DNA of 64,000 nucleotides from Eubacteriales bacterium. Its GTDB lineage: Bacteria; Bacillota; Clostridia; Oscillospirales; CAG-272. Below, piece after piece: positions 38,163 to 48,656 of this stretch (positions are counted from its first letter, which is position 1; each line of letters opens with the position of its first letter). The stretch is taken from the NCBI GenBank assembly GCA_045627885.1, contig JAZQOM010000066.1, positions 8,673 through 72,672 on the forward strand. The letters run 5' to 3'. The position numbers and the translations under genes are program-made. The notes below the pieces were generated by a model. The model searched no databases, was not told the DNA's origin, and worked only from the letters and a program-made list of their open reading frames with translations.

Positions 38163-38402
38163 ATGAAAGCTATATCTTGGAATGAAAACGGTTGGACAAC
38201 AATTCAGGAAGCAGACGCGGAGAAGCACATTCTCGAAATCTGCTGCCTTGCCGAAGACGGCATTGTAAAAGAAGTACGCAGACGCCACAACGACGGCGAG
38301 GAAGAAAAGCTCACAAAGGTTTTGGACGGAACACACGAGCTTCCGATGCCTCTTGCCGAATTCAAAAAGCTCCTTCGCAAAAAGGAAATCGTACTCAAAT
38401 AA
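38163..38402 (+). CDS. hypothetical small cytoplasmic protein (79 aa)
   Basis: GGAGG RBS 6 nt before the ATG at 38163. I recognise no family. Confidence 0.55.
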   Translation: MKAISWNENGWTTIQEADAEKHILEICCLAEDGIVKEVRRRHNDGEEEKLTKVLDGTHELPMPLAEFKKLLRKKEIVLK

Positions 38403-38404
38403 TC

Positions 38405-38443
38405 AAAAAAATTGCCGCAGATTTTCATCTGCGACATTTTTTT
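38405..38443. terminator. bidirectional terminator (38163 gene / ABC exporter)
   Basis: 10-bp stem with one mismatch, TGCCGCAGAT / ATCTGCGACA, flanked by an A7 run and a T7 run. Confidence 0.7.
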
Positions 38444-38451
38444 ATACTTTT

Positions 38452-40164
38452 TTATTCTCTGAACTGCATTGAATACAGCTTTGCGTATTCTCCGTTTGCG
38501 GCGATAAGCTCATCGTGAGTGCCGCTCTCCGTCATCTTTCCCTTGTCTATCACGGCTATTGTATCGGCGTTCTTTATCGTCGAAAGCCTGTGCGCGACGA
38601 CGAGTGTCGTTCTTCCTATGCAGAGCTCATCAAGCGCCTTTTGTATGTAAATTTCCGTCGTGTTGTCGAGCGCCGAGGTCGCTTCGTCGAGAATAAGTAT
38701 CGGCGGATTTTTGAGGAACACTCTCGCTATCGAAAGTCTCTGCTTCTGACCGCCCGATAGCTTTACTCCACGCTCTCCGATATTTGTTTCGTAGCCGTGC
38801 GGCAGGCTCATGATATATTCGTGAATGTTTGCCCGCTTTGCCGCCTCAATTACCTCTTCGTCGCTTGCATCAAGCCGCCCGTACAGAATATTGTCCTTTA
38901 TGCTTGCATTGAAAAGATATATGTCCTGCTGAACTATGCCGATGTTTCTTCGCAGAGATTCCATTGTCATTGAGCAGATATTTTTGCCGTCTATCAGAAT
39001 TTCGCCGCTGTTTATTTTATAGAAATTCGGGATAAGGTGGCATATCGTCGTCTTTCCTCCGCCGCTCGGGCCGACAAGCGCGTATGTTTTGCCTGCGGGA
39101 ATATCTATGTTTATTCCGTCGAGAACCGTCTTGCTGTCATTATACGAATATGTGACATTCTTAAATTCTATGTGCCCGTTTACTCTGCCTGCGTCGGTTG
39201 CGTTTTCGGCGTCCTTTTCGGGCTCTGTGTCGAGAATCTCGATAAATCTCTCAAAGCCGGTGACGCCGCTCTGATACTGCTCCATAAAGTTTATGAGCGT
39301 CGTTATCGGAGTTATAAACAGGTTGACGGAGAGAATGAACGCCGAATAATCAGCGAAGTCTATTTTTTCGGCATACAGAAAAAGTCCGCCCGCTATCAAA
39401 ACGACTACATTGAAGATATCCGTCACAAAAGAGGTCATCGAGTGGAACTGTCCCATCGCCTTGTAGGCTTCGCTTCTCGATTTGACGAACTGCTCGTTGC
39501 CGACCTCGAATTTTTCGCGTTCCTTTGCGGCGTTGTTGAACGCCTTTGTGACGCGAATGCCGGAGATACTGCTCTCCAAAGCCGCATTTATTTTGCCGAC
39601 TGACACTCTGCTTTCGGCAAATGCGTCGCGCATCTTTTTTCTCAGCGACATGGATATTATGAGAAGAAACGGCACGCAGGCAAATATGATAAGCGTAAGC
39701 CACGGGCTTATTGTCATAAGGTATATAAACGCGACTATTATCGAAATTGACGATACGATGAGATTTTCGGGGCCGTGATGCGCAAGCTCGCTTATATCCA
39801 TCAGGTCGTTTGTCATGCGCGACATTATCTTGCCCGTCTCGTGCTCGTCATAGAAGCCGTACGGTAGCTTTTCGAGGTGCTCGAACATATCCGAACGCAT
39901 CTTTGCCTGCATTCTGAGTCCCATTATATGACCGTAATACTGCACGAAGAAATTGAGCAAAAGCCGCACTGTATACAGCGCAAGCAGAACTATTCCGAAC
40001 AGGATTATCATACGGTATTTTTCGTGCGGGATAAGGTCGTTTAGCATCTTCCTTGTTACTATCGGATATACGACTCCGACGAGCGCGATAAGGAGCGATG
40101 CGAGCATATCCGCCGCGAAAAGCTTTTTATGCGGCTTGTAGTAGCTGAAAAATCTTTTTAACAT
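38452..40164 (-). CDS. ABC transporter, fused permease/ATP-binding exporter (MsbA/multidrug type)
   Basis: Six-TM N-terminal domain. Walker A GPSGGGKTT, signature LSGGQKQR and Walker B ILILDEATS. Start set to the ATG at 40164 (MLKRFFSYY). Confidence 0.9.
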   Translation of the reverse strand: MLKRFFSYYKPHKKLFAADMLASLLIALVGVVYPIVTRKMLNDLIPHEKYRMIILFGIVLLALYTVRLLLNFFVQYYGHIMGLRMQAKMRSDMFEHLEKLPYGFYDEHETGKIMSRMTNDLMDISELAHHGPENLIVSSISIIVAFIYLMTISPWLTLIIFACVPFLLIISMSLRKKMRDAFAESRVSVGKINAALESSISGIRVTKAFNNAAKEREKFEVGNEQFVKSRSEAYKAMGQFHSMTSFVTDIFNVVVLIAGGLFLYAEKIDFADYSAFILSVNLFITPITTLINFMEQYQSGVTGFERFIEILDTEPEKDAENATDAGRVNGHIEFKNVTYSYNDSKTVLDGINIDIPAGKTYALVGPSGGGKTTICHLIPNFYKINSGEILIDGKNICSMTMESLRRNIGIVQQDIYLFNASIKDNILYGRLDASDEEVIEAAKRANIHEYIMSLPHGYETNIGERGVKLSGGQKQRLSIARVFLKNPPILILDEATSALDNTTEIYIQKALDELCIGRTTLVVAHRLSTIKNADTIAVIDKGKMTESGTHDELIAANGEYAKLYSMQFRE

Positions 40165-40186
40165 ATTTTTCTCCGAAATACGAGGT

Positions 40187-40217
40187 GTCAAAGCGACACC
40201 TCGTATTGTGTTTTATA
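40187..40217. other. perfect 13-bp hairpin between PBP1A stop and ABC exporter RBS
   Basis: AATACGAGGTGTC, loop aaagc, GACACCTCGTATT. No U-run follows on the minus (coding) strand. Confidence 0.6.
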
Positions 40218-40227
40218 TGGAGCTTGT

Positions 40228-42867
40228 TTATGAAGCGGGCTCAACATCCACATCAAAGACGGGAATGCTGTGAAGATGTGTTGTGCAAATTCTGTTTGCG
40301 GGCTTCATACCCTTTGCAAGTCCGTAGTAATATCCGCTCACCTTGCCTGAGTAGCCCTTAATCTTGAGCGTTCTCATTCCGTAGTAGAACGGCTGGTCGT
40401 CCCTTTCGGCGCTTACAAAGTCTTTGCCGACATCTCTCCAGGTGTACTGCGCGTCTCCTATTGTCACCTGGCACGGATATTCTCTGTCTACCTTTATCAA
40501 AGATACCGTCTTGACATTCGCCGCGGGGCATTTGTCGCAGGCAACGGATTTTGTGGATACATCATATTTTACATTGACATGGACATTACACTTTTCGGTC
40601 GGCTCCGTGCCGGCGATGAAGTAGCCCGTCTCGATTCTGTCGCCGCGCATATCGTTGTAGCAGGCATCGCACGGCTTCATTCCGCTGTCGATGCAGTATT
40701 CGCACTTGACAATTCCGCCGGTCTGCGCCGGAGTTTTGAACTTCTTTTGAATAGCGGAGCCGCTCTTTATCTGCGGGAAGATGAGCTCATCGTGTATTCT
40801 CGTCATAACCGTATTCCAGATAACGAGCGCGGGGTTTGTGGTGTAGCCCTGAATTCTCTTGGGCGTATCGTAGCCGAACCACGCTCCGCCGAGAAGATAC
40901 GGCGTGTAGCCCATAAACCAGAGGTCTTTGTTGTCGTCGGTCGTTCCGGTTTTGCCGGCAACCTCAATCTTTGTCTTGAGTGTTGCCATGCGTCCGGTAC
41001 CGTTTTCGACTACATTCTGCAAAAGCATCGTCATAATTGTTGCGGCTTGCGGGCTGATAACTTCTCTTTGTGTGGGTATCTCGTTTGAGAGAATTACATT
41101 GCCGTTTCTGTCAAGCACCTTTGAATATGTTGCGGATTCGGAGAATGTGCCGCCGTTGGGGAATATCGAGTAGGCATTTGCCCATTCGATGAGCTTTGCA
41201 CCGTAGGTAAGACCGCCTAAAGCCATCGGTGCCATCGCGACATCGGTGAGAACCGTGCCGTTTGAGGTCGTCTTGTGGTCGATAAGCGTGGTGATTCCGA
41301 GCTCGTTTGTCAGGAAGTTGAACGATGTTTCCGGTGTCAGCTTATCCACAATCTTGACGGCTATGGTGTTGATGGACTGTTGGAGTCCGTGCTTTATCGT
41401 GGTAAGACCTCGATAAGAGCGTGATGAGTTTTTAGGCCACGGATTTGTTGCCGAAGTGAACATATACGGAGAGTCGTCCAAAACCGTGCCCCAGGTTATC
41501 ACCTTTCTGTCTATTCCGAGTCCGTAGGACGCGAGAGGCTTGATTGTAGAGCCCGGCTGACGCATGGCGCTTGCCGCTCTGTTGAACACGCTGCCGTTCT
41601 TTTCGCCTCTGCCGCCGACCATTCCGAGAAGGTAGCCGTTATACGGATTTATTACGACCATTGCGCTCTGCGGCTGTATGCCGTCGGAAATCTTCGGGAA
41701 GTTTGCGTCTTTGGCGTATTCTTCTTCGAGTATTCTCTGAATGTCGGGGTCAATAGTGGAATAGATTTCCAAGCCGCCGCCGTATACCATCTGCTCGGCA
41801 ACGGACTGCGTATATCCGTATTCTTTTTGGAGGTCGCGGACGATGCAGCTTATCATATAGTCGATAAAATACGAGTTCATCGAGCTTTCGGTGTTCTTGA
41901 GGTTTATCTCAAGCTCCGTATTTATCGCATCTCTGTATTCTTCTTCGCTTATCATCTGCTGGGCGTACATCCTTGAAAGGACTTCGTTACGCCTTGATTT
42001 ATTGTTCTCGGGGAAGCTTACGGGATTCCACTTGTACGGGTTCTGCGGTATCGCCGCAAGAGCCGCCGCCTCAACAAGCGTGAGCTCGGAGACATCCTTT
42101 GAGAAATAGGTCTGCGACGCCGCCTGTATTCCGTATGCGTGCTGCGAGAGGAATATGGTATTGAGATAAGTTTCGATTATCTTCTTTTTTGTCTGATATT
42201 TCGGGTCTTCGTAGTTTGCAAATTCTTCTTTCATGGTGCGCTCAAGATAGAGCGCGCGCAGAATCTCCTGCAGTTTTCTCTGTATGGTCGTCTCGTCGTC
42301 GCCCGTCAGGTTCTTTATAAGCTGTTGGGTTATGGTAGAGCCGCCGTAGCTCTTTTGGAAGGTTGTCACAAGATTGAACACCGCGGAGCCTGTTCTTATC
42401 CAGTCAACGCCGCTGTGCTGGAAAAATCTCTTGTCTTCGACTGCCACAAACGCGTTTATGACATGCTCCGGTATAATCAGAGCCTCATCCTGACCTTCCG
42501 CCGCGTCAACGCTTGCCCAGGTGCGGTTTTCCGAGCTGTGAATTTCGCCTATCTCGATATCTTTGCCGACGGTACGGTCGATATCATCATACTTGGTGTA
42601 GAACACCTTGCTCGTCTGGTTAAGCGTTGCCACATAGGAGTTTAAGTCAAAGCTTGCGTCCACATTATCGCGGATGTAGGTTGCGAATACGGATGCAACT
42701 ATACCGCCCGTGACGATTCCTATAAGCAATACCGTAATGACGATATTGAAAAAGTATTCTATGAATTTCCGCGCGACGAAAAGAATCGCCTTGGCAATCC
42801 ACATAAGCACCGACATTATGATATCGGGTGCGTTCTTATTCTTTTTTAATTTAGAATTGGCGTCCAT
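40228..42867 (-). CDS. class A penicillin-binding protein (PBP1A family: glycosyltransferase + transpeptidase)
   Basis: N-terminal TM. GT51 motifs EDKRFFQHSGVD and GGSTITQQL. Transpeptidase motifs QPGSTIKP and KTGTT. Cys-rich C-terminal extension. Confidence 0.93.
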   Translation of the reverse strand: MDANSKLKKNKNAPDIIMSVLMWIAKAILFVARKFIEYFFNIVITVLLIGIVTGGIVASVFATYIRDNVDASFDLNSYVATLNQTSKVFYTKYDDIDRTVGKDIEIGEIHSSENRTWASVDAAEGQDEALIIPEHVINAFVAVEDKRFFQHSGVDWIRTGSAVFNLVTTFQKSYGGSTITQQLIKNLTGDDETTIQRKLQEILRALYLERTMKEEFANYEDPKYQTKKKIIETYLNTIFLSQHAYGIQAASQTYFSKDVSELTLVEAAALAAIPQNPYKWNPVSFPENNKSRRNEVLSRMYAQQMISEEEYRDAINTELEINLKNTESSMNSYFIDYMISCIVRDLQKEYGYTQSVAEQMVYGGGLEIYSTIDPDIQRILEEEYAKDANFPKISDGIQPQSAMVVINPYNGYLLGMVGGRGEKNGSVFNRAASAMRQPGSTIKPLASYGLGIDRKVITWGTVLDDSPYMFTSATNPWPKNSSRSYRGLTTIKHGLQQSINTIAVKIVDKLTPETSFNFLTNELGITTLIDHKTTSNGTVLTDVAMAPMALGGLTYGAKLIEWANAYSIFPNGGTFSESATYSKVLDRNGNVILSNEIPTQREVISPQAATIMTMLLQNVVENGTGRMATLKTKIEVAGKTGTTDDNKDLWFMGYTPYLLGGAWFGYDTPKRIQGYTTNPALVIWNTVMTRIHDELIFPQIKSGSAIQKKFKTPAQTGGIVKCEYCIDSGMKPCDACYNDMRGDRIETGYFIAGTEPTEKCNVHVNVKYDVSTKSVACDKCPAANVKTVSLIKVDREYPCQVTIGDAQYTWRDVGKDFVSAERDDQPFYYGMRTLKIKGYSGKVSGYYYGLAKGMKPANRICTTHLHSIPVFDVDVEPAS

Positions 42868-42978
42868 GTTTTTTCCTTTCGCAAAAGCTGTTTACTTGAT
42901 TATAGACCTAAAATATGAATATTTTACCGCGATAAGGTAAAAATGAGATTATCGCAAATAAAACGGAGGTGTATTTTT

Positions 42979-43329
42979 TTGAATGACGGCGGCATAAAAA
43001 GCTTTTTTCTCTGGTGCATTATTTTTATTCTTTGTATTATGGTGCTCGTTATGACTGTATATCTTGCAAATACCGTTTCGGATATGGAGAAGAGAATCGA
43101 TTCGGTCAGCGCCGGAATTTCCGTAAAAGTTAGGGAAGACGGATTTCCGTACAAGGTGAAATATGACGGAGAAACCGTGCACATCTACAATTCGGACGGC
43201 GAAGAAGCGTATAAATTTGCGCTTTCTCCTTATCTTCTTCCCGAGACGGAGAGGGAACTGCTCTCCCGTGGGCTGACTGTTTCGAGTATCGACGAGCTTT
43301 GGTCGCTCATCGAAAGCTATACGAGTTAA
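42979..43329 (+). CDS. hypothetical membrane-anchored protein
   Basis: One TM (FFLWCIIFILCIMVLVMTVYL). Start is uncertain: TTG at 42979 with a GGAGGTG RBS, or ATG at 42943. The 3' end overlaps the dnaE stop by 4 nt, convergently. Confidence 0.55.
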   Translation: MNDGGIKSFFLWCIIFILCIMVLVMTVYLANTVSDMEKRIDSVSAGISVKVREDGFPYKVKYDGETVHIYNSDGEEAYKFALSPYLLPETERELLSRGLTVSSIDELWSLIESYTS

Positions 43330-46300
43330 GACTCTTTGATAACGACATTCCCGTCGCCGAGGAGATTTTTCAGCTCTCTTTCGACATAGGGACTCAGCAT
43401 ACAGCGTGCGCTGAAGCTTGCGTATTTTTTGGTGTCGTTAAAGTATACCACAACTTCGGTGCTCCCGTCAAATATTTCTATTATCGCGAGAGCCTTTTTG
43501 GTGAGCCCGTCGTTTTGAGAAGGCAGTCTCAGGTAGAGCTTTGCATTGTTGCCGTGCTTTGCCGTCGCTTTGGGCGCATTGCAGACTGCCTGCTTCGGCT
43601 TTATCATCGACGCGTCAAAGCCCGAATCGGGGACAAGGCCCGTTATTGTGCGGCATTTGAGCGTAGGCTCGGAGTCGGCGTCCTTTTTGGACGCTTCTCC
43701 CGACGCGGCTATCTTGGAGCCGACGGCAAGAAGCTCATCGCAGGTGACAAACAGGTTGTGGAATACAACAAGCTCTATTGAGCTGTACATATTTTCTATT
43801 GTCACAAAGCACATTTTTTCGCCGTTTTTCATTCTCTTGTCGCTTCGCTTTGTGACAACTCCGGCGACCGTGCAGTTTACTTTGTCGGGAGCGCTCTGCC
43901 CGTCCTCCTCGGAGAAAATTTCCTTTATCTGCGCGGGCGTCTGTGCGCCGAGCGCCTCTATGCACTTCCCGTAGCCGTCGAGCGGACTGCCTGAAAAATA
44001 AAAGCCCGTCATTTCCTTTTCCATTTCGAGCATTACCTCTGCGGAAAGCTCGGGACGGTCGGGATATTCTGTTTTTGCGCTTTCTTCATGAGCTTCGGAG
44101 AACATATCGAGCTGACCTGATATATTTCTGCTTGCCTGCTCCGATATGCGGTCGATAAGCGTGTCATAGACAAGCAAAAGCACGGAGCGCTTTATGCTGA
44201 AGCAATCGCAGGCACCGCTTTTTATCAGTGCTTCGAGTTGCTTTTTGTTCAACCCGTATGCGCTCATACGCGTAACAAAGCTCTCAAACGAGCCGAAGCT
44301 TCCGGATGCTTTGCGCTCTTTTACGATACATTCGGCGAATGCGTCGCCTATGCTTTTTACACCGCAGAAGCCGAAGCGGATGTTGTTCTGCTCTACGGCA
44401 AATTCGTTGCGGCTTTTATTTACATCGGGCGCAAGAACTCTTATGCCGAGGCGAGTGCATTCCGAGATGTACGGAGAAATCTTTTCACCGAAGCAGTTTG
44501 AGAGAAGCGAGCACATATATTCTGCGGGGAAATGATATTTCAGCCACGCCGTTCTGTACGCGAGTATTCCGTACGGGGCGGCGTGCGACTTGTTGAAGCC
44601 GTAATTTGAAAAAGTGACGAGGGCATCGAATATTTCATTTGCCTTCTGCTCCGAAAGTCCGTGCGCAAGAGCACCCGTGCAAACGGAACCGCCCTCTCCG
44701 TTTTTGTCGCCGTATATGAAATAGCGGCGCTCCTTTGTCATCTTTTCCTGCTGTTTTTTCGCCATCATTCTGCGGACTATGTCGGCTCTGCCGAGACTGT
44801 AACCTGCAAGCGTGCGGAATATCTGCATTACCTGCTCTTGATATATTACGCAGCCGAAGGTGGTGCGCAGTATGGGCTCGAGCTCGGGATGCAGGTATTT
44901 TATGTTTTCGGGATGCTTTCTGTTCTCGACAAAAGTTCCGATGCTGTCCATCGGGCCCGGTCGGTAAAGCGATACGACGGATATGATATCTTCTATCGAG
45001 CGCGGCGCGACCTGCGCGAGAACATTTTTTATTCCCGACGATTCAAATTGAAAAACGCCCTCGGTAAGTCCCTTGGTGAACATGGCGTATACGCTTTTGT
45101 CGTCAAGCGGAATATTGTCTTGCGAAAAATCGGGCTCTTTCTTTTGTATGAGCTTTACCGCGTGGTCTATTATCGTGAGATACCGAAGCCCGAGAAAATC
45201 AATTTTGAGAAGTCCGAGCTCGGCTATTCCGGTCATTGTGTATTGCGTGAGAGTTGTGCCGCCGAACTGTGCAAGCGGAACAAAATCGTCGCAGGGAGAG
45301 GGAGTAATCAGCACTCCCGAAGCGTGAGTGGATGCGTTTCTCGGCAGTCCCTCAAGCCGCAGAGCCATATCTATAAGCTTTTTGACTTTTTCGTCGCCGT
45401 CGTACATGGAGCGGAGCTTCGGACTGTTCTGAAGCGCAAGCGCAAGGGAACGGCGTGAGCCCGTCTGCACGGCTCTTGCCACATCGTCTACCTCGGAGTA
45501 GGACATTCCCATCGCTCTGCCGACATCTCTCACGGCGGCGCAGGCGGCAAGTGTGCCGAAGGTTATTATCTGCGATACCCGGTCGCTTCCGTAACGGTTT
45601 TCGACATAGCGGATAATCTCGTCACGGCGCTCATCGGAAAAATCTATATCGAAATCGGGCATACTCACGCGCTCTTTGGTCAGAAAGCGCTCAAAGTAAA
45701 GCTCGTATTTTATCGGGTCAACATCGGTGATATTGAGGCAGTATGCGCATAAACTGCCCACTCCGGAGCCTCTGCCCGGCCCCACGGGAATTCCGTGAGT
45801 TTTTGCGTAGTTTACAAAATCCCAGACTATCAGATAATAGTCGATAAAGCCGGTTTCCTCTATTGTCGCAAGCTCGGAAGCCACCCTTTTTTCGTAAACC
45901 TCGCGCTCTGATATGCCGTTTTCGGATATTCTTTTTTCAAGTCCGTCACGGCAGAGCTTATAAAGATATTCCTTCGGCGAAAGCTCACAGCCCGTGTCAT
46001 ACGCGGGCAGTTTATATTTGCCGAATTCAAATTCAAATGCGCACCTCTCTGCGATTTTTTCGGTGTTGTCTATCGCGTCCTCGAATTCCGGCAAAGCCGA
46101 AAGCATTTCGTCACGCGTTTTGAAATAGCATTCGTTTGTATCGAATCTGAAGCGGTTTTCGTCATTCAGCGTCGTCTGTGTCTGTATGCACAGGGATACT
46201 TCCTGAACCTCGCTGTCGGATTTGTTTATATAGTGCACATCGTTTGTCGCAACGAGCGGAATTCCGAGCTCGCTTGATATTTTTCTCATCTCGGGATTTA

Positions 46301-46850
46301 TCACCCTTTGCTCGGGAAGCCCGTGATTCTGTATCTCGAGAAAATAATTGCCGTGCCCGAATATGCCGTCGTATTTTTTGGCTGTTTCTCTTGCACCGTC
46401 AAGCTCGCCCGAAAGAATTTTCTGCGCTACGGCGCCCATAAAGCAACCCGAGAGGGCGATAAGCCCGTCGTGATACCTCGTGAGCAGCTCGATATCCACT
46501 CTCGGTTTTGAATAAAAGCCTTCCGTGTATGCCTTTGAAACGAGCTTGCTCAAATTTTTATAGCCCGTTTCGTTTTCGCACAAGAGAACAAGGTGATTGG
46601 GGGAGAGCCTGTCCTCTTTGTTGAGCCTTGACGCGGGGGCGACATAGACCTCGCACCCGATTATCGGCTTTACACCCTTTGCCTTGCAGTTTTTGAAGAA
46701 TTCCACTGCGCCGAACATATTGCCGTGGTCGGTTATCGCAACGGCGCTTTGCCCTGCGGCGAGCACCGCATCGGGAAGCTCTGAAAGGCGGCATATACCG
46801 TCGAGAAGACTGTATTCGGTATGAAGATGAAGATGAACAAATCCGCCCAC
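43326..46850 (-). CDS. dnaE: DNA polymerase III alpha subunit DnaE
   Basis: PHP domain FVHLHLHTEYSLLDG, pol III alpha core and an OB fold. Start set to the GTG at 46850 (GGAGG 7 nt upstream). The ORF-track start at 46868 is a TTG inside the RBS. Confidence 0.94.
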   Translation of the reverse strand: MGGFVHLHLHTEYSLLDGICRLSELPDAVLAAGQSAVAITDHGNMFGAVEFFKNCKAKGVKPIIGCEVYVAPASRLNKEDRLSPNHLVLLCENETGYKNLSKLVSKAYTEGFYSKPRVDIELLTRYHDGLIALSGCFMGAVAQKILSGELDGARETAKKYDGIFGHGNYFLEIQNHGLPEQRVINPEMRKISSELGIPLVATNDVHYINKSDSEVQEVSLCIQTQTTLNDENRFRFDTNECYFKTRDEMLSALPEFEDAIDNTEKIAERCAFEFEFGKYKLPAYDTGCELSPKEYLYKLCRDGLEKRISENGISEREVYEKRVASELATIEETGFIDYYLIVWDFVNYAKTHGIPVGPGRGSGVGSLCAYCLNITDVDPIKYELYFERFLTKERVSMPDFDIDFSDERRDEIIRYVENRYGSDRVSQIITFGTLAACAAVRDVGRAMGMSYSEVDDVARAVQTGSRRSLALALQNSPKLRSMYDGDEKVKKLIDMALRLEGLPRNASTHASGVLITPSPCDDFVPLAQFGGTTLTQYTMTGIAELGLLKIDFLGLRYLTIIDHAVKLIQKKEPDFSQDNIPLDDKSVYAMFTKGLTEGVFQFESSGIKNVLAQVAPRSIEDIISVVSLYRPGPMDSIGTFVENRKHPENIKYLHPELEPILRTTFGCVIYQEQVMQIFRTLAGYSLGRADIVRRMMAKKQQEKMTKERRYFIYGDKNGEGGSVCTGALAHGLSEQKANEIFDALVTFSNYGFNKSHAAPYGILAYRTAWLKYHFPAEYMCSLLSNCFGEKISPYISECTRLGIRVLAPDVNKSRNEFAVEQNNIRFGFCGVKSIGDAFAECIVKERKASGSFGSFESFVTRMSAYGLNKKQLEALIKSGACDCFSIKRSVLLLVYDTLIDRISEQASRNISGQLDMFSEAHEESAKTEYPDRPELSAEVMLEMEKEMTGFYFSGSPLDGYGKCIEALGAQTPAQIKEIFSEEDGQSAPDKVNCTVAGVVTKRSDKRMKNGEKMCFVTIENMYSSIELVVFHNLFVTCDELLAVGSKIAASGEASKKDADSEPTLKCRTITGLVPDSGFDASMIKPKQAVCNAPKATAKHGNNAKLYLRLPSQNDGLTKKALAIIEIFDGSTEVVVYFNDTKKYASFSARCMLSPYVERELKNLLGDGNVVIKES

Positions 46851-46881
46851 GGCGCCGCCTCCTTTCAATTTTGGTTTTGTC

Positions 46882-47793
46882 TTAGTTTTCGCAGTCCTTT
46901 GCGAATTCGGTTATTTTTTCGAGTCTGTGGCTGACGCCGGACTTTGTAATCGGCGGTTCATGCTTTGCGGCAAGCTCCGAAAGCGATATCGTGCCGTATA
47001 AAAGCCTTAATTTTGCGGTTTCCTGCAAGTCCTCGGGAAGAAGACCGATGCGACCGCTTTCCTCCAGCTTTTTTATCATATCAATCTGCTTTACCGCCGT
47101 GCTTACCGAGCGATTCATACCGCTTGTCTCTATGTTCAGGCGGCGATTTGTGTCGTTTCGCAAGTCCTTTACGAGCTTTTCGTTCATTATTTCGAGAACT
47201 GCGCCGTCAGCGCCGATAAATCCGAGAAAGTTCTCTATATTTGCACTCTTTTTGTAAAGCAAAAGCGGCTTTCCTCTCCGCAGTGACGAAGAGGGCGGCA
47301 GAGATATCATCGCAAGCAGTCCCTCGATATCCTTTGCGAGAGCCGCGCCGCGCACGCCTATCTCAAGGCGGTTTTCGCCCGTGGGCTCCGAGATGTGTCC
47401 TTTTGCCAAAAACAGACCGCGCAGAAAGTGAGCCGAGCATTTATCGCAACAGTACACAATGCCCTCGTTTATTCTGTACGGCTCGGAAAACAGGTCAAAA
47501 TCCGCGTGAACGGCACTTACCGCATCTGCGTCGGATTGCGTCAAAACGAACATTTTATGCCCTGCGACGCTCTCTCTTTTTTCTGAAAGCGTGCGCCCGT
47601 ATTTTGCCTTGTAAACAGAGGCAAACAGCCTTGCGACCTGTTCGCATTCGGACGAAAAGACTATCGCTTTTTCGGAGTATTCCCTGCACGAAACGAGCAT
47701 TCCGTGAAAGAGGGCGTCCCTGCAGCACTCTGCCATATCGCGCCGCTTTTTGTCGGAGCACAACTCTTTTTTGGTTTGTGTCGTAAATGACAT
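46882..47793 (-). CDS. whiA: DNA-binding sporulation/cell-division regulator WhiA
   Basis: MSFTTQTKKEL N-terminus, a degenerate LAGLIDADG-like fold and a C-terminal HTH (ISLSELAAK...PITKSGVSHRL). Confidence 0.92.
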   Translation of the reverse strand: MSFTTQTKKELCSDKKRRDMAECCRDALFHGMLVSCREYSEKAIVFSSECEQVARLFASVYKAKYGRTLSEKRESVAGHKMFVLTQSDADAVSAVHADFDLFSEPYRINEGIVYCCDKCSAHFLRGLFLAKGHISEPTGENRLEIGVRGAALAKDIEGLLAMISLPPSSSLRRGKPLLLYKKSANIENFLGFIGADGAVLEIMNEKLVKDLRNDTNRRLNIETSGMNRSVSTAVKQIDMIKKLEESGRIGLLPEDLQETAKLRLLYGTISLSELAAKHEPPITKSGVSHRLEKITEFAKDCEN

Positions 47794-47794
47794 A

Positions 47795-48646
47795 TTATCT
47801 CTTTATATCTCTGTGAATCTCAACGCAGTTGAGCTTATCTGCATTGAGCCTTGCGGCGAGAGTGCGTGCTATCGAAACGCTTCTGTGCTTGCCGCCCGTG
47901 CAGCCTATCGCTATCGAGAGCTGAGTTTTGCCCTCTCTTTTGTAAAGGGGCATCAGCATCGAAATCATGGAATAAAGCCCTTCCATGAACTCATTTACCT
48001 CGTCGAAGCTGAAGACATAGTTATAAACCTCGTCCTCAAGCCCCGTGTGGTGCTTCATTGATTCGATATAGTAAGGATTCGGGAAGCAACGCACATCGAA
48101 TACCAAATCGGCATCGACGGGTATTCCGTACTTAAAGCCGAAGCTCATGACGGTAACCGCCATACCTTTTTCGCTCTCCGCGGCATAAGCTACAACTCTC
48201 TGCTTGAGTTGCGCGGAGCTTAAGCCCGCCGTATCTATTATTGCGTCGGCGGCTTCTTTGAAATCGCTCATAAGCTTTCTGTCTTCCGCTATCGCATCGG
48301 AGAGAGAAAGATTGTTTGTAACCGTCAGCGGATGCCTGCGCCTTGTCTCTTTATATCTTCGCAAAATTATTTCATCGGGGCAGTCAACGAATATTATTTT
48401 CAAGTCGTTTTCCGTGCGCTTTATCTCTTCTGCCGCCTTTTCAAACTGCGCAAAGCTGAAAGCGCTTCTCGAGTCAAGTCCTATCGCAACCTTTTGTATG
48501 GCGGAATTGCCCTCCATAACGGGAAGAAGCGACGGAATAAGACCGAGCGGCATATTGTCGATACAGTGATATCCCAAGTCCTCAAGCGCATTGAGCACGG
48601 TGGATTTGCCCGCTCCGGATATTCCGGTGACTATCGTGTAATTCAT
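47795..48646 (-). CDS. rapZ: RNase adapter / nucleotide-binding protein RapZ (YvcJ)
   Basis: P-loop TGISGAGKST and C-terminal CTGGKHRSV. Confidence 0.93.
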   Translation of the reverse strand: MNYTIVTGISGAGKSTVLNALEDLGYHCIDNMPLGLIPSLLPVMEGNSAIQKVAIGLDSRSAFSFAQFEKAAEEIKRTENDLKIIFVDCPDEIILRRYKETRRRHPLTVTNNLSLSDAIAEDRKLMSDFKEAADAIIDTAGLSSAQLKQRVVAYAAESEKGMAVTVMSFGFKYGIPVDADLVFDVRCFPNPYYIESMKHHTGLEDEVYNYVFSFDEVNEFMEGLYSMISMLMPLYKREGKTQLSIAIGCTGGKHRSVSIARTLAARLNADKLNCVEIHRDIKR

Positions 48647-48656
48647 AAACTCACCT

